Counted from the first letter of the stretch, positions 38,257 through 50,946 are shown. The stretch: DNA of 64,000 nucleotides from Acidobacteriota bacterium (GCA_963664705.1 OY761556.1:6528001-6592000); one strand, 5' to 3'. The notes: a model not told the origin generated them from the letters alone. Made by a program: numbers and translations.

Positions 38257-40230
38257 TCAAGGCAGCTTCGAAGGTCTCTCCTGCCGCTTTTCCATAACAC
38301 GGCGGATTGCCAGTCCAACGCTTCCAGGCTGAATGGGTTTTTGAACGAATTCCCAGACTCCGGACAGTTTGCCCTGGACCTCTCTTGCTGATTTGGCAAA
38401 CCCGCTGCAAAGGACGAGTGGAATGTCCGGGCGAATGGCATAGATGCGGTCGGCCAATTCTGTCCCAGTCATTTTGGGCATCGTCAAATCGGTCACCACG
38501 ACATCAAAATCATCGGCGTGGGATTGAAAATGCTCGATGGCTTCCAAAGGATTTGAGAAAGCCATTACCCGATAGCCGAACTTTTCCAGACCATTCCGAT
38601 TGATTTCAGCGATGTCCGTTTCATCATCCACAAACAGGACCCGTTCAGTGCCCAGGGGTTTTGCAGGCTCGATCTCATCAAACCCTTCCGAATCGGAGCG
38701 AAGGCAAATCGGGAAGAACAGCTCAAATCTGGTCCCTTTGCCCAATTCGCTGGATACATCGATCGTGCCTCCATGTTGTTCAATAATGCTGTCGACAATG
38801 GCCAGGCCCAACCCCGTTCCTTCCCCGGACGCTTTGGTGGTGAAATACGGTTCGAATATTCTCTGCAGGGTTGTGGCGCTCATGCCGATTCCATCGTCCT
38901 TCACGGTGATTACCGCGTGTTTCCCCGGCATCAGACGCGGGTGGGCGGATATCATGGCGGGGGACAGATCTCTTTCCTCCAGCGAAATCTCAATAACGCC
39001 GCCGGTGTCCCGCAATGCGTGGTAGGCATTCGTGGAAAGGTTCATAAGCACCTGGTGAACCTGTGTGGCATCGGCCAGCACCAGGCCGCAGGGGGAGTCA
39101 AGCCTGCAATTGAGCTCGATCGTGGCGGGGATCGAAGCTCTCAGCAGATTGACCGCTTCCTGAATGAGCGGCTGCAGGCGGATGGGGCGCTTCTCTCCCT
39201 CCGTCTGGCGGCTGAAGGTGAGGATTTGTTTGACCAGGTTCTTCGCCCGGGTACAGGCTTTCAATATTCCGCCAATCTCGCTTCGGATGTCCTCGTTGTC
39301 CTCAGGGGCATCTTCCTGAATCAACTGGGCAAATCCAATGATGACGCTCAGGATGTTGTTGAAGTCGTGCGCAATGCCTCCGGCCAGTGTCCCGATGGCC
39401 TGCATTTTTTGAGCGTGGCGCAGCTGTTCTTCCAGTTGAATTTCCTGCGTGATGTCTCGTTTTACCGAGACGAATTGCACGATCTCTCCTTCCGAATTGC
39501 GTATCGGATAAACGGCCGCCTGGTCATGGTAAAGAGATCCATCCTTGCGCCTGTTGGTAATGCGGCCGCTCCAGGTTGAGCCGCTGGAGATCCGGTCCCA
39601 CATGTTCCTGTAAAAGAAGGCATCGTGTTTACCGCTTTTCAGGATACGAGGGTTCTGGCCGATGACTTCCGCAAGGGTGTAGCCGGTGACGCGCTCGAAG
39701 GCGGCGTTTGCGTACTGGATGATGCCCCGCTTATCCGTGATGACAACAACTTCGTTCACATGTTCAATTGCGCGGCTCAACTGTTTCAGCGCTACGGTTC
39801 GTTTTTCGACCAGGGCTTCCAGATGCTCCCGGTATCGCTGGTTTTCCTGTTTAAGCCTCTTGCGCTCCAAAACTTTTTCAATGGAATAGACCACCATCGA
39901 CAGGTCGGAAATCGGCTTCATCAGATAATCGGCGGCGCCCAGGTGCAGCGCGCGAACGGTATCCTGAATCCGGCCAGTACCGGAAATAACGATGAATGGG
40001 AGATCCGGGTGATCTTTGCCCTCCGAGGCGAGGACTTCAAAACCGCTTGCCTGGGGCATGCTCAGGTCCAGGAGTACGATGTCGGGGATATTGCTGTGGA
40101 TGAGCTTGAGACCCTCCTTGCCATTTTCTGCTGTCTGCACCTGGAAATTGCGGTCTTCCAGGTAAGCTTCGAGGCTCTCGCGAATAGATGGGTCATCGTC
40201 AATAATCAGGACACTCGGGTTTGGTTCCAT
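38257..40230 (-). CDS. Hybrid kinase: receiver-PAS-HisKA-HATPase-receiver
   Basis: IIDDD...LDLSMP; GGIAHDFNN; GTGLGL; FVDDE...TDLTMP. Confidence 0.92.
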   Translation of the reverse strand: MEPNPSVLIIDDDPSIRESLEAYLEDRNFQVQTAENGKEGLKLIHSNIPDIVLLDLSMPQASGFEVLASEGKDHPDLPFIVISGTGRIQDTVRALHLGAADYLMKPISDLSMVVYSIEKVLERKRLKQENQRYREHLEALVEKRTVALKQLSRAIEHVNEVVVITDKRGIIQYANAAFERVTGYTLAEVIGQNPRILKSGKHDAFFYRNMWDRISSGSTWSGRITNRRKDGSLYHDQAAVYPIRNSEGEIVQFVSVKRDITQEIQLEEQLRHAQKMQAIGTLAGGIAHDFNNILSVIIGFAQLIQEDAPEDNEDIRSEIGGILKACTRAKNLVKQILTFSRQTEGEKRPIRLQPLIQEAVNLLRASIPATIELNCRLDSPCGLVLADATQVHQVLMNLSTNAYHALRDTGGVIEISLEERDLSPAMISAHPRLMPGKHAVITVKDDGIGMSATTLQRIFEPYFTTKASGEGTGLGLAIVDSIIEQHGGTIDVSSELGKGTRFELFFPICLRSDSEGFDEIEPAKPLGTERVLFVDDETDIAEINRNGLEKFGYRVMAFSNPLEAIEHFQSHADDFDVVVTDLTMPKMTGTELADRIYAIRPDIPLVLCSGFAKSAREVQGKLSGVWEFVQKPIQPGSVGLAIRRVMEKRQERPSKLP

Positions 40231-40239
40231 GGTGGTCCC

Positions 40240-40632
40240 TCACGAGGTTTGGGTCGTTTCCAGGAGTAGTTTCAGTGCCGCTTCCATCTCGTCAATTTTC
40301 AAGAGAGGTTTGTGAAATACCCTTTTGTTCACGGTCGGGCAAGTCAGTAAATCCGGGGGCAACCTGTAGTCCAGGGATCCCGTAAAAACCAGGAAGATCA
40401 GATCCGGCATCACGCTCATGGCCTGCCGGATAAACATGTCTCCGGTCATTCCCTTCATTCGAATGTCGACGACAGCGGCATGCACCATGCATTGATGAAG
40501 CTGTTCCAGTGCTTCTTCGCCGTTGGTGCAGGAGAGAACCTTCCACCCGCGGTCCTCAAACAGGGCTGAAAGGCTCAAACGGATGGAGTCGTCATCATCA
40601 AGCACCAGCAGCACGGGGTCGGTGGCATTCAT
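40240..40632 (-). CDS. Single-domain response regulator
   Basis: LVLDDDD, VVDIRM, FHKP. Confidence 0.85.
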   Translation of the reverse strand: MNATDPVLLVLDDDDSIRLSLSALFEDRGWKVLSCTNGEEALEQLHQCMVHAAVVDIRMKGMTGDMFIRQAMSVMPDLIFLVFTGSLDYRLPPDLLTCPTVNKRVFHKPLLKIDEMEAALKLLLETTQTS

Positions 40633-43439
40633 GGTGTTCCTCGATTTTCTGCTTTTGGAAGACGCGTGATGAAGCGCGTTCCTTTGCCGGGCTCCGATTT
40701 CACACTGATCTGGCCCCCGTGATTTTCCACTATAATGAAGTAGGAAACGGAAAGCCCCAGACCGGTTCCTTGCCCGGCGGGCTTGGTGGTAAAGAAGGGT
40801 TCGAAAACGCGTTTCCTCACCTCCTCCGGCATCCCGGGGCCATTGTCCTCCACTTCAATGCATACCATTCCTTTGTCATAGGCTGTGCGCAATATAATCC
40901 GGGGACTGGCCCTCATCGCTCCCTGGTCCATGGCTTCATGCATAGCCTGGGCACTGTTGCGGAGCAGGTTGAGCAACACCTGCTGGATCTTTTGCGGCTC
41001 ACATAGAACGGGAGGTACATCGGAGGCATATTGTCGGATGATTTCGATATTTCGAAAATCATAGTTCTTTTTTAAATCATAGTCGGTTCTCGCCAGCTCA
41101 ATCGTCTCATCCAACAGGCTTGAAGCATTGGATGCCGAGCGCGTGGAATCGCTTTTCCTGCTGAAGCTGAGCATGTTTTGCACGATACCGGCCGCGCGCA
41201 ATCCTGAATCCTGAATGGTATGGAGCATTTTCGGAATTCCGCGTGCCTCCGCGTAGGCACGAAGGTTTTCAAGCGACAACCCGCAGGTCTCGGCCGCATT
41301 TTGGTTGGCAGGCAGATCGCCGAGGAGACGATCCTGCAGTACCAGCGCCGTTTGCATCATGCCGCCCAACGGGTTGTTGATCTCGTGGGCCAGACCGGCC
41401 GCCAGCCCGCCCACGGAGAGCATCTTTTCACTTTGCACCATCATTTCCTCCATGCGGACCTTCTCCGTGACATCGTCCAGCCGGATCACGGCTCCTTCCA
41501 CTCCGTTGGCGACGAGGGGGAAAATGGTCAGATCTTCATAGCGCACTTCTCCCTCTTCATGGTAGGGACGTCGCGTAATCTGTTTGGACGTGCGCTCCCG
41601 TATGGCTTTCAAAACCTCTGCTTTTTGATCGGCCAGCCGCGGGAAGACGCTTTCCAGCTGCTGTCCCATGACAGAGTTCGCGGCAAGCCCGGTCTGGCTT
41701 TCGGTGTGCCGATTCCACTGGGTCACATTTCCCTTTTCATCAACGCCAATGAGTACGGAGGGCATGGAGTGAATGATGTTTGCCAGGTAGTTGCGGAGCC
41801 GCTTCAGTTCCTGTTCTTCCTGTTTGCGCGCGGTAATGTCATTCAGAGTCCAGATGGATCCTTCGTCCAGGTTTTTGGTAATGGCTTGACCGGTAATGCT
41901 GCACCAGATGAAAGATCCATCCCTTTTCTTCATGAGAACTTCGGTAGAATAAATGCCTCCGTTTACAAGCTGGCGATATCCCTCCTGCTGCACCCTGGCG
42001 GATTCTTCCTCGTTTGCATAGAAGGAGGACATGTGTTTTCCAAGCAGGTCGTCCGGCGCGTAGCCGAATTGCTGAGCGAAGGCGGGATTGACCCACTGTA
42101 TCTTGCGATCAATCAGGTGGCAAATCCCCATGCTGATGGTGTTGAGAATGGTCCGTTGCTGATTGGCCAGTTGACGGGACTGCTCCATCGCTTGTTTTTG
42201 CTCGGTGATGTCAAAATGAATTCCAACGGTGCGGAGAGGGTTTCCCGAAGAATCGCGGGAAACAAGCCTGCCTCGGTCCAGTATCCAGACCCAGGAGCCG
42301 GACTTGGCGCGGATTCGGTGTTCCACGTTGTAGTATTCCGTTTTGCCGCGCAGATGATCGTTCGCGGCCTGCCTCATTTCCTCGAGATCATCGGGATGCA
42401 TGAGCTCGTTCCAGCCTTGGAGATTGGGTCGAACTTCTCCCGCGCTATACCCGAGGCTCTGCATAAACCTCTCTTCGTCTTTGACCTCCTCTGTCTGATG
42501 ATTCAGGTCCCAGCAGTTCATGCCGGCGGCTTCAAGGGCCAGGTTAAGTCTCTCTCCCGCTTCCCGCGCGGCGGCCTCGGCCCGCTTGCGTTCGGTTGTG
42601 TCCACGCAGGCGAGCTGCACTGCAGGTTTGTTGTTGAAGTCGATGACGGTGACCACTGTTTCCGCCCAGAACTCGGTTCCGTCTTTCCGGATGCCGCGGT
42701 ATTCATACCTGGACGGCACCGGTTTATTTGCCAGGCGGTCGGCGTAACGGTTTTTGAGGGTCTGCCTGTCTTCCGGACTGATGATGGTCCATTCGTTTTC
42801 CTCGGAAGCGGACAAAAGCTCCTCGACGGTGTATCCGGCCATTTCGGCGAAGACTCTGTTGCAAAAGACGAGGCTTCCATCCTGCAAGATAGCCAGTCCC
42901 TGCAAGGAGTTTTCCACCAGCGCCCTGTATTTGGCCTCGGATTTTTTCAGATTTTCGGACTCTGTTTTCTGTGTGGTAATGTCAATGCCGGTTGTCAGCA
43001 TGCAGGGCTGATCATTGACGCCAATTCGGATGGCCGAAAGCAGGATGGGAAATGCCGTTCCGTCCTTCCGGAATGCGGTCAATTCGACATTCGGCATTTT
43101 CTCTTCCTGTGTCAATTGCTGAACCAGCACCGCCGATTCCTGCGATCCGGCCAACAATCCCAGTTCATCCAGGCCATGCCCGACAAGTTCCTCCCGTTCG
43201 AAACCGCTCATCCGGATAAAGGCATCATTCACATCGATGACCTTTTTATCGTTGAGCGAAACAACCGACATGGGATTGGGCGCTGAGTGAAAAAGCACCT
43301 GAAAATGCTCTTTGCCTTCCTGGATCGTTTTTTCCAGTTCATTGCATCTTTCTTTGTATCTTGTCAGCTCTGTTGTGCGGCGAGCATTCTTCGCGTCCCT
43401 TGGCATAGATACGCATCTCCCGGGCAGGCCCACACTCAT
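40629..43439 (-). CDS. Multi-PAS sensor histidine kinase
   Basis: About 5 PAS domains; [23 protein letters not shown]; start uncertain. Confidence 0.9.
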   Translation of the reverse strand: MSVGLPGRCVSMPRDAKNARRTTELTRYKERCNELEKTIQEGKEHFQVLFHSAPNPMSVVSLNDKKVIDVNDAFIRMSGFEREELVGHGLDELGLLAGSQESAVLVQQLTQEEKMPNVELTAFRKDGTAFPILLSAIRIGVNDQPCMLTTGIDITTQKTESENLKKSEAKYRALVENSLQGLAILQDGSLVFCNRVFAEMAGYTVEELLSASEENEWTIISPEDRQTLKNRYADRLANKPVPSRYEYRGIRKDGTEFWAETVVTVIDFNNKPAVQLACVDTTERKRAEAAAREAGERLNLALEAAGMNCWDLNHQTEEVKDEERFMQSLGYSAGEVRPNLQGWNELMHPDDLEEMRQAANDHLRGKTEYYNVEHRIRAKSGSWVWILDRGRLVSRDSSGNPLRTVGIHFDITEQKQAMEQSRQLANQQRTILNTISMGICHLIDRKIQWVNPAFAQQFGYAPDDLLGKHMSSFYANEEESARVQQEGYRQLVNGGIYSTEVLMKKRDGSFIWCSITGQAITKNLDEGSIWTLNDITARKQEEQELKRLRNYLANIIHSMPSVLIGVDEKGNVTQWNRHTESQTGLAANSVMGQQLESVFPRLADQKAEVLKAIRERTSKQITRRPYHEEGEVRYEDLTIFPLVANGVEGAVIRLDDVTEKVRMEEMMVQSEKMLSVGGLAAGLAHEINNPLGGMMQTALVLQDRLLGDLPANQNAAETCGLSLENLRAYAEARGIPKMLHTIQDSGLRAAGIVQNMLSFSRKSDSTRSASNASSLLDETIELARTDYDLKKNYDFRNIEIIRQYASDVPPVLCEPQKIQQVLLNLLRNSAQAMHEAMDQGAMRASPRIILRTAYDKGMVCIEVEDNGPGMPEEVRKRVFEPFFTTKPAGQGTGLGLSVSYFIIVENHGGQISVKSEPGKGTRFITRLPKAENRGTP

Positions 43440-43628
43440 GCATCTGATTTTTTTATGAAGGTATTATGGCTGCTAGCCTACCATATCTTTGTCTTTTTCG
43501 CCACGGGACGGGAAGGAGTCTGGGATGGGATGCAAATAGAGCGTATAAGCGGATTCTGGCCCTGCGGGCGCCGGCTTGCCTGACATCGCATTCACGAAAT
43601 CAAACAAGCCGGCAATTCCGGCAAATTC

Positions 43629-45821
43629 CTAAAAATCGCTAAGGATGGCTTGTTCTGCATTTTTGCCGATGCCATTCCATGGGTTGGGATGGAGTTCCGG
43701 CTTTGCGTGGCTGCGCGCACGTTGTCGTCCTGGCTGAAGGGAGGACTGAGCTGAGCCGGTGCGTTGGAATTCCGCAACCATACTCTTCATTTCTTCCGCT
43801 TGGCCCGACAGTTCCTCGGCTGCACTTGCCGACTCCTCGGCATTCGCGGCCACCTGTTGCGTTACCTGGTTCATCTGCTCAACCGCGGTGTTGACCTGCT
43901 CCACTCCCAGGCTTTGTTGTTCCGATGCGGCGGCAATTTCAGCCATGACCGCGCTGACGGAGTTTACCTGCGAGTTGATTTCGTTCAGGTTCCTCAGGAC
44001 TTCCTGGTTGATCGAGACGCCCCATTCGGCGTTCTTTACCGATTCCTCAATCATGTTTGCCGTGTTCTTGGCTGCCTCGGCGCTACGCATGGCGAGGTTG
44101 CGGACTTCCTCTGCGACGACCGCGAACCCTTTGCCGGCATCACCCGCCCGTGCCGCTTCCACGGCTGCGTTCAACGCGAGCAGATTGGTTTGAAATGCAA
44201 TCTCATCGATGGTCTTCACTATCTTTGCGGTGGAATCGGAGGATGCTTTGATCCGGTCAATGGCATCGGACAGCCGTTTCATGCTTTCGACGCCTTTGTC
44301 CGTGGTAGATCGTGTGCCATCCGAGAGTCCGCGTGCCTCTCTTGCATTTTCTGCATTGCGTTTCGTCATCGACGCCATTTCCTGCAGGCTGCTCGATACC
44401 TCCTCGAGCGAACTGGCCTGTTCGGAGGAGCTTTGCGACAGGGTCTGGCTGCCTGATGAAATCTGGCTGGAAGCGGAAGCCACCTGGTCCGCTGCCAGAG
44501 CGACTTGTGTGAGCGCTTCGTCGAGGTTTCCGATAAGAACATTGATGTTTGACTTCATTGTCTCGAAGACGCCCTTGTAGTTGCGGTGGACGCGAGCGGT
44601 CATGTCCTTGTTTGCCGCGGCAAGCAGCGCCGCGCCGCCATCCTCTTCAATGAGGGACCTCAGCGTCTCGATACAGAGGTTCAGGCTGCTTTTGATGTTA
44701 TTGAAATCGCCGTTGTAGGTTTCGGTGATTGCCGGCGGGATGTCGCCTTTGCTGATGCGGTCGATATAGTTGGAAGCCATCTGCAGGGGGCCGACAACGG
44801 CATCCAGCGTTGCGTTGAATCCGGAAACCATGCGCCGATACCCGCCTTCGAACTGATCGGCTTTGCCGCGGTTGGCAAGATTGCCGGCCTGGGCGCTCTT
44901 GATCATGCCATTGATTTCATCCGTTACTTTGCGCAGATTGGCCATGGCCGCTTCGAATGAACCGATCGTTGATTGTGTCCGGTCGATGATCCCGTTCATG
45001 CTTCGTGCCAGTTCCCCTACTTCGTCCGAGCTGTCTATCTGCAGAGGTTCAATACTGGACACCATTTCAACGTCGAGATTCCCATGGGCCATCGCTTCGC
45101 TAGCCTTGCCGAGCTCGGCGATACAGGTGCTCTGCAATTGCTCCGCCCGTGCGGCAACCTGCTTTATGGGGTTTGCAATCACGCGCGCAATCCACAGCCC
45201 AAGTCCGATCGCCACGCCCATGCCGATGACGAGGATTATCAGAGCCTGTTGCGTGCCGTGTTCGGCGGTTGCGATGTTTTGATCCGAGGTCGATTTGGCT
45301 TCGTCCGTGTTCATCTGGACCATCTTGTCCACGGCGCTCACCGCCACATTCGCCGTAACCAGGAAAGGACCTTTCATGTAGGCCAGCGCTTCCACACGCC
45401 TGCTGTTATTCAGCATGTCGGCGAATACTCCGAACTGTTCACCATATCGCTTGATGCTTTCCAACAGTGTCGTGCAATTCTCTTTGTCTTCCTTTGAGGT
45501 TGTGCCGGATGCATACTCCTTCAGCATCGCCTCAATTTCCGCGATGGTTTCGTGAACCTTTGCATACTGCTTTTCCCGTTCTTCCTTTGTTTCGGCGAGC
45601 AGCGAATCCCTGACCATGACGCGCAATTTCTGGAGATTCTTGGCCGTTTGTGCCGCTTTGCCGAGTGGGATCACATTATCCCTGTACATGGCGGTATCGG
45701 CGTTCTTCAGCGCGGTCAGTTCCGTGATGCCCATGTAGCCGACGATTCCTGCAACAAGCGCCATCAGAAGCGAAAAGCAAATCAGCTTCGAGGCGATTTT
45801 CATGTTATAGAACCACTTCAT
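43629..45821 (-). CDS. Methyl-accepting chemotaxis protein with 4HB sensor and multiple HAMP domains
   Basis: 2 TM; [37 protein letters not shown]. Confidence 0.95.
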   Translation of the reverse strand: MKWFYNMKIASKLICFSLLMALVAGIVGYMGITELTALKNADTAMYRDNVIPLGKAAQTAKNLQKLRVMVRDSLLAETKEEREKQYAKVHETIAEIEAMLKEYASGTTSKEDKENCTTLLESIKRYGEQFGVFADMLNNSRRVEALAYMKGPFLVTANVAVSAVDKMVQMNTDEAKSTSDQNIATAEHGTQQALIILVIGMGVAIGLGLWIARVIANPIKQVAARAEQLQSTCIAELGKASEAMAHGNLDVEMVSSIEPLQIDSSDEVGELARSMNGIIDRTQSTIGSFEAAMANLRKVTDEINGMIKSAQAGNLANRGKADQFEGGYRRMVSGFNATLDAVVGPLQMASNYIDRISKGDIPPAITETYNGDFNNIKSSLNLCIETLRSLIEEDGGAALLAAANKDMTARVHRNYKGVFETMKSNINVLIGNLDEALTQVALAADQVASASSQISSGSQTLSQSSSEQASSLEEVSSSLQEMASMTKRNAENAREARGLSDGTRSTTDKGVESMKRLSDAIDRIKASSDSTAKIVKTIDEIAFQTNLLALNAAVEAARAGDAGKGFAVVAEEVRNLAMRSAEAAKNTANMIEESVKNAEWGVSINQEVLRNLNEINSQVNSVSAVMAEIAAASEQQSLGVEQVNTAVEQMNQVTQQVAANAEESASAAEELSGQAEEMKSMVAEFQRTGSAQSSLQPGRQRARSHAKPELHPNPWNGIGKNAEQAILSDF

Positions 45822-45850
45822 AAAGATCTCCTTCAATCCACTCCAAGGCT

Positions 45851-46390
45851 TTAATTGATGACTGCGTCTCCGGATGCCGGTGAGGTATTGCCGACTCCGG
45901 CCGATAATACGCGATCAATATCCAAAAGAATTTTGACCTTGCCTTGCGACTTGCCTATTCCGAGGATGTAGTCCGTGCATGCATTTGCGGCAAACGACGG
46001 GGCATCCTCGATGCTGTCGCCCGGTATATTTGAAACTTCCGATACGCGGTCCACGACAATTCCAATGTCGACTCCCTCCACATGCACTACGATGATGCAG
46101 GTTTCAGCGGTGGTGTCCTGCGCAGGCATGCCGAACCGCCGCCGGAGATCTACAATTGGGATTACTTTGCCGCGCAGATTGATAACTCCGCGGATAAACT
46201 CCGGAGTTCTGGGTACACTGGTGATTCCCATCATTCCGATAATCTCGTGCACCTTCAAAATCGCAATTCCATATTCCTCGTCCGCCAGGAAAAAGGTCAG
46301 GAACTTGCCGCCCCTGGTGCCGGCGTTGGGATTCCCGTCTGCATGACTTTGATGTGTCGAAATATCGGATGTGGTTGATAGCGTGGGCAT
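45851..46390 (-). CDS. cheW: Chemotaxis coupling protein CheW
   Basis: [35 protein letters not shown]. Confidence 0.92.
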   Translation of the reverse strand: MPTLSTTSDISTHQSHADGNPNAGTRGGKFLTFFLADEEYGIAILKVHEIIGMMGITSVPRTPEFIRGVINLRGKVIPIVDLRRRFGMPAQDTTAETCIIVVHVEGVDIGIVVDRVSEVSNIPGDSIEDAPSFAANACTDYILGIGKSQGKVKILLDIDRVLSAGVGNTSPASGDAVIN

Positions 46391-46552
46391 TTGTCTACTC
46401 CTGGTAACACTTCCTTCAAGACAGCCAAAGCGGGGCGTTCGGCTTAGGAATGGGTCCTGGAGTCATTGGGTGACCTTCGGTTTTCCGGTCTCCGAAGCTC
46501 CTTGAATCCACTGCCGTAATTCAATACCCGCCAGGGAGATACAAAAGATGCT

Positions 46553-46579
46553 TTATCGATAATCTCGCGAGCGTCTGTA
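46553..46579 (-). promoter_or_regulatory. Possible sigma-28 (FliA) promoter for cheW-mcp
   Basis: Minus strand TACA-N15-ATCGATAA versus consensus TAAA-N15-GCCGATAA. Confidence 0.4.
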
Positions 46580-46719
46580 TAGGGAATTTGCCACCTGCGG
46601 CGGAGTTGCGACGAACCTTCAACCTGGTGTCTTTGTTGGGTTTCGGGGCCGGATGGCCGGAAATGGGCTATGTTGGCAGAATGCTGATAAACTGTTGGTA
46701 TTTCAATAAATACGTCGTG

Positions 46720-47379
46720 CTAGGTCTCTTCCGAAATGACCTGAACCTTTCGCGTCAGTTCCACAAGGCTTTGGCATTGCATCTTTCGCAGGATGCTGGC
46801 GCGATGGATATCCAGTGTTTTCCGACTGATGTTGAGCTCGGCGGCAATGGATTTGTTGTTTAGCTTGCCGGTGGTCAGTTTTTCCATGACCTCACGCTCT
46901 CTTGGGGTCAGGAGTGATAGCAGCGCGAGAATCTCCTGACGCCGGTCGTTTTTCTGCCTTGTCGTTGCGTCGAGCGCTATGGCCTGTCCAATCCGATCCA
47001 GAAGGCATTGATTGTCGAAGGGTTTCTCGAGAAAGTCCATGACGCCGGCTCGGACCGCACGCATTGCCAGCGGGACGTCACCGTAACCGGTGATAATAAT
47101 GATGGGAGTTGGGATTTCCCGTGATGCCAGGTATTCCTGCAGCTCGAGTCCTCCCATGCCCGGCATTCGGATGTCGGAAATAATGCATCCCGGGCGAACC
47201 GGGTCAAAGGAATGAAGAAAATCCGTGGCTGATGCAAAAGCCTCAACCATGTGCCCGGCGTTTTTTAGCAATAACACCAGGTATTCGCGCATCAAAGGAT
47301 CATCATCGATAAGGAAAACCGTGGGTTTTTGAGCCTCATCCGCTACCTTGTCTGGCGCAGTTGCGCTTTCTTGCACCAT
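46720..47379 (-). CDS. FixJ-type response regulator (receiver + LuxR HTH)
   Basis: IDDD, SDIRMPGM, DFLEKP, LTPREREV; GGAGGT RBS before the chosen ATG. Confidence 0.88.
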   Translation of the reverse strand: MVQESATAPDKVADEAQKPTVFLIDDDPLMREYLVLLLKNAGHMVEAFASATDFLHSFDPVRPGCIISDIRMPGMGGLELQEYLASREIPTPIIIITGYGDVPLAMRAVRAGVMDFLEKPFDNQCLLDRIGQAIALDATTRQKNDRRQEILALLSLLTPREREVMEKLTTGKLNNKSIAAELNISRKTLDIHRASILRKMQCQSLVELTRKVQVISEET

Positions 47380-47669
47380 GGGGAACCTCCCAAATCCTGT
47401 CTGGTTTTGGATCTGCGGCACTCACAAACTTGTTTGCCTGGTTCCATTTCCATCAAGCGTGCGCGCAGCACGGGTCGATCCGGAGGTTGCACTAAATTTG
47501 TACGGGTACGTTCCAGGGTGACCATAATTAAGGTCCCGGTTGCGCAAGCTTTTGCGCATATTATTTATCTTTTCCGGGCAATAAGCAAAAGGTAATCGAA
47601 GCATTGCCGTGGACCGCTATGGCAGCGGCTATGTTCTTGCTCTTTGCCTGCGAGCGGCCAATTCCCGAC

Positions 47670-48040
47670 GTTTTTCTTTCGCCCCTGCCCGGGGCTTGTT
47701 TATTCTGCAATCGAGAACCAGGTATTCGCTACGCTCACCCATGGCTATTCGCTATCGGGCCTCCGGCCCTTGCCACCCACTCCGAAACCTGAATTGGACC
47801 ACATATTTGGGATTGAACCACGACTGGATCCGCTATTTATCAGCATTCCAGGAATTAGCACGCTGGTATTTCCCCGCAATCGGTCGGTCAACATAAGCAA
47901 AGCGCCGAAGTTTAAGCCGGCCAGGGGTGAGCGGAGCGAACCCCTGGGCCTAGGATCAGGAATAATGGAGCCCCAGCAGGGGCGAAAGAAGGGCAATTGC
48001 AAAAAAGTAAATGGCATTCAGCGGGACGCCGGCGCTTCAG
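47670..48040. repeat. Inverted pair of family-A REPs ending in AAAAAAGTAAATGGCATT
   Basis: TTTCGCCCCTGCCCGGGGCT...; GGGGTGAGCGGAGCGAACCCCTGG...GCCCCAGCAGGGGCGAAAGAA. Confidence 0.75.
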
Positions 48041-48156
48041 GTGGGTCCCATTGTCATTCCAAGCGTAGGCCGGCGTATCCAGCAAGGTGGGGATGTGCGG
48101 GAGGCGGGGCCAATATTGGCTCCGCCTCCCGCCGGAGATAGATCGGGCGAGGCGGA

Positions 48157-49446
48157 CTACTTGGCTTGCGCGCCAACCACAATACACTTCAGACTTTTGT
48201 GGTCTCTGATCAGAAGCTTGCCGTCGGCAAGCGCGATCGGTGCCCAGTTTTCGCCTGCTTCGAGCAGCTCAGCACTGGCCAGCGGCTTGAAGCCCGATGG
48301 ATCCGGATCGACAAGATAGAGCATCTTGTTGCCGTCAACGGCAAGCAGCATTCCGTCGGCGAGGATTACGCCGCCTTTATTGAAGGCGGGCGCGTCGCCC
48401 GTTTTCCACTTTATTTTGCCGTCCATTCCCATGCACACCAAGCCATCGCTTCGTTCGTTGATGGTGTAGGGGCCATAGAAATTGTCTTTATACAGAATCG
48501 GCGGTTGCGTGTGAGCTCCGAAGTCGACCGTCTTGAACAGCTCCGCTACGTTGTAGCTGCCGTCCTGCTTCTTCTCAATCTTTATCATGGCGGCTCCCGC
48601 GCTGTATCCGCCGGTGATCAGCATCCGTCCTTCGCCCGCATCCACCGCGTGTGGAACCGGAATGGCGCATTGCCAGTTGCCATAGGTCCACAGGACTTTT
48701 CCGCTGAGAGGATCGAGGCCATTCACGCTGCCGCCGCTGGTATTACGGCCAAACCCCGTTCCTGCCATGATCATCACCAGGTGGTCTTCCCGACCGACTT
48801 TTACGATCGATGGGCTGACATACCCGGCAGCGCCGGACAAAACAGGGGATTTCCATTTCAGTTCGCCGTTCAGTTTGTCATAGGCGACCACCGTGGTCTG
48901 CGGAGTCTGCGGAGCTACAATCAGCAGATTGCCATACACCAACGGATTCTGGGTTATTGCCCACCGGGGCAGCTGAGCGCCGCCGAAGTCTTTCCAGATA
49001 TTTTTATTCCAGACGGGATTGTGCGTGGTTGCGTTGATGCAATAGAGATCGCCCTGCTGCCCGCAGGTATAGATGTTGTTGCCGTCCACGGCAGGCGTGC
49101 TTCTGGAGCCCGCATGGTCGACTTTTCCCGGAGCATTATAGGCAAAATTCCAGAGTTCCTTGCCGCTGGAGAGCTCGAAGACCCGTAGATTGTCTCCGAC
49201 CTTGTCGTCCCGGTCGAGCAGGTACACCTTGCCGGCACTGACGGCGGGGCCGCCGTAGCCAATTCCCACAGGGGCTGTCCAGAGGGTTTTGGGGCCTTCT
49301 TTGGGCCAGCTTCGCAGCAATCCCTTTTCCGTGGAGGTGCTGTCTCTTTTGGGCCCAAAGTATCCCGGCCAATCCGCGGCAAAAGCGCAAGCCACGGATA
49401 ATCCGATGAGTATGGTTATGAGTCTTATTTTAGCTTTCATACGCAT
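48157..49446 (-). CDS. PQQ-like beta-propeller repeat protein, secreted
   Basis: Signal peptide, ADWPGYFGPKRD, repeated W-docking motifs. Confidence 0.85.
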   Translation of the reverse strand: MRMKAKIRLITILIGLSVACAFAADWPGYFGPKRDSTSTEKGLLRSWPKEGPKTLWTAPVGIGYGGPAVSAGKVYLLDRDDKVGDNLRVFELSSGKELWNFAYNAPGKVDHAGSRSTPAVDGNNIYTCGQQGDLYCINATTHNPVWNKNIWKDFGGAQLPRWAITQNPLVYGNLLIVAPQTPQTTVVAYDKLNGELKWKSPVLSGAAGYVSPSIVKVGREDHLVMIMAGTGFGRNTSGGSVNGLDPLSGKVLWTYGNWQCAIPVPHAVDAGEGRMLITGGYSAGAAMIKIEKKQDGSYNVAELFKTVDFGAHTQPPILYKDNFYGPYTINERSDGLVCMGMDGKIKWKTGDAPAFNKGGVILADGMLLAVDGNKMLYLVDPDPSGFKPLASAELLEAGENWAPIALADGKLLIRDHKSLKCIVVGAQAK

Positions 49447-49521
49447 AGCTCCTTTTTGGTGAAGCAGGATTTTATCAGTATTCGCAAAACTTTGCTCGGG
49501 ATTGCGGGGCCCCGGATACCG

Positions 49522-50946
49522 CTATTTTTCAGATCCGGCCGTACCTGCCCCGATAGCGTAAAGATCGGTAGGGGTCATGATATACAGGACCCCGTTGGCC
49601 GGGACCGGCGTGCTATAGACAGAGTTCCCCATATCGATCTCAGCGATTTTTTTCATTTCTGTTCCTGCTTTCATGATGGCAACATCTCCGTCCTGATCGC
49701 CGAGATAGACCTTCCCATCCGCCACCAGCGGTGAACCCCAAACGGGGGCCATCATGTCATAGGTCCAGTAGGCAGCCCCGGTTTTGACATCCAGGCAGTG
49801 CAGGATCCCCTTGAGATCGGAGATGAAAACCAGTCCGTCGGAGACCGCAGCAGTCGAAATGGATCGGTTGATTTTGTCGTATTGCCAGACTCTGCCTGAC
49901 TCCGTAATGTCGCCCCGCTGAGTCGGATTAATGCAATAAGTGTGTCCGACTCCGTTGCCGCTGTCCGGATCCTGCCCCACGCTCATGAACACCTGGTTGC
50001 CGCTGAATGCCGGTGTGGAGATGCCGTAATTGCGGGTCTTGGGCCAGGCTGCGGTTTTAGGATTCAGATCGAATTTCCAGAGATGCTCTCCCGTGCGCGC
50101 ATTGAATCCATAGACCCAGCCATCTCCGCCGGCAAAAACGGCCTGCATCATTCCATCAACCATGCCAAGCGATGGAGAAGACCACTGACCCCGCAGGATG
50201 TTTCCGCCCGGGGAATTGTCCTGCCATACGACCTTCCCGGTGTTTTTGTTGATGGCGATGAAGCTGGGAGCCTTTGGCGCGGGGATTTTCTCGTCGCTTG
50301 CGCCGTTGGAGGTTTCAATAAATACCAGGTCTTCCCAGATAACGGGGGATGAGTTGGCCATATTGCGCGGATATACGCCCAATTCCTTCATCATATCCAG
50401 CTTCCAGATGATGTCGGCATCGGTTGGCCCTTTGCGCGTTTCATCCTGGAAAGGCCCATCGTTTTTTCCATCCAGGAATCCTTCCGTATCGAGACAGACA
50501 AGCTCCGCGCGGTTGTTGACGTAGTAAAGCCGTTTTCCTTCCACGAAGGGAGAAGAGCAGACGCCCTGTTCCGGGAAGTCGTTATCCGATCCCGAGTCAA
50601 GCTTGTCGGAAACGGCTTGCCAGAGAAACTTGCCGTCGGACTCGCGGAAGCACATGAGCACTCCCTTGTCTCCATCGATCTCAGGATTTCTGGGATTGGC
50701 ATTGTTGGTGCCCAGGTAGATCTTGCCGTCGGCTATCACGGGATTTCCATAGGAAGTGGAACCGATCTGCGCCTTCCACTTGATGTTCTTTCCGGTTTTG
50801 ACGTCCCAGGATTCCGGGAGGTTCTTCATGGCGGAAACCATATTCCGCTGGGCGGTCCCGCCCCACATCGGCCAGTCTTGAGAAACCAGCGGGAAGGCGG
50901 CCATGCCGCAGAACGCGAGACTGAGAAGCTTGCTGCTGATGCGCAT
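49522..50946 (-). CDS. PQQ-like beta-propeller repeat protein, secreted
   Basis: QDWPMWGG..RNM, NIKWKAQIG, SSP motifs. Confidence 0.85.
   Translation of the reverse strand: MRISSKLLSLAFCGMAAFPLVSQDWPMWGGTAQRNMVSAMKNLPESWDVKTGKNIKWKAQIGSTSYGNPVIADGKIYLGTNNANPRNPEIDGDKGVLMCFRESDGKFLWQAVSDKLDSGSDNDFPEQGVCSSPFVEGKRLYYVNNRAELVCLDTEGFLDGKNDGPFQDETRKGPTDADIIWKLDMMKELGVYPRNMANSSPVIWEDLVFIETSNGASDEKIPAPKAPSFIAINKNTGKVVWQDNSPGGNILRGQWSSPSLGMVDGMMQAVFAGGDGWVYGFNARTGEHLWKFDLNPKTAAWPKTRNYGISTPAFSGNQVFMSVGQDPDSGNGVGHTYCINPTQRGDITESGRVWQYDKINRSISTAAVSDGLVFISDLKGILHCLDVKTGAAYWTYDMMAPVWGSPLVADGKVYLGDQDGDVAIMKAGTEMKKIAEIDMGNSVYSTPVPANGVLYIMTPTDLYAIGAGTAGSEK

Noticed and set aside
46391-46552. c-di-GMP riboswitch upstream of cheW
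   Set aside because: Some hairpin potential, but I could not find the conserved GEMM motifs; a covariance-model search would be needed.
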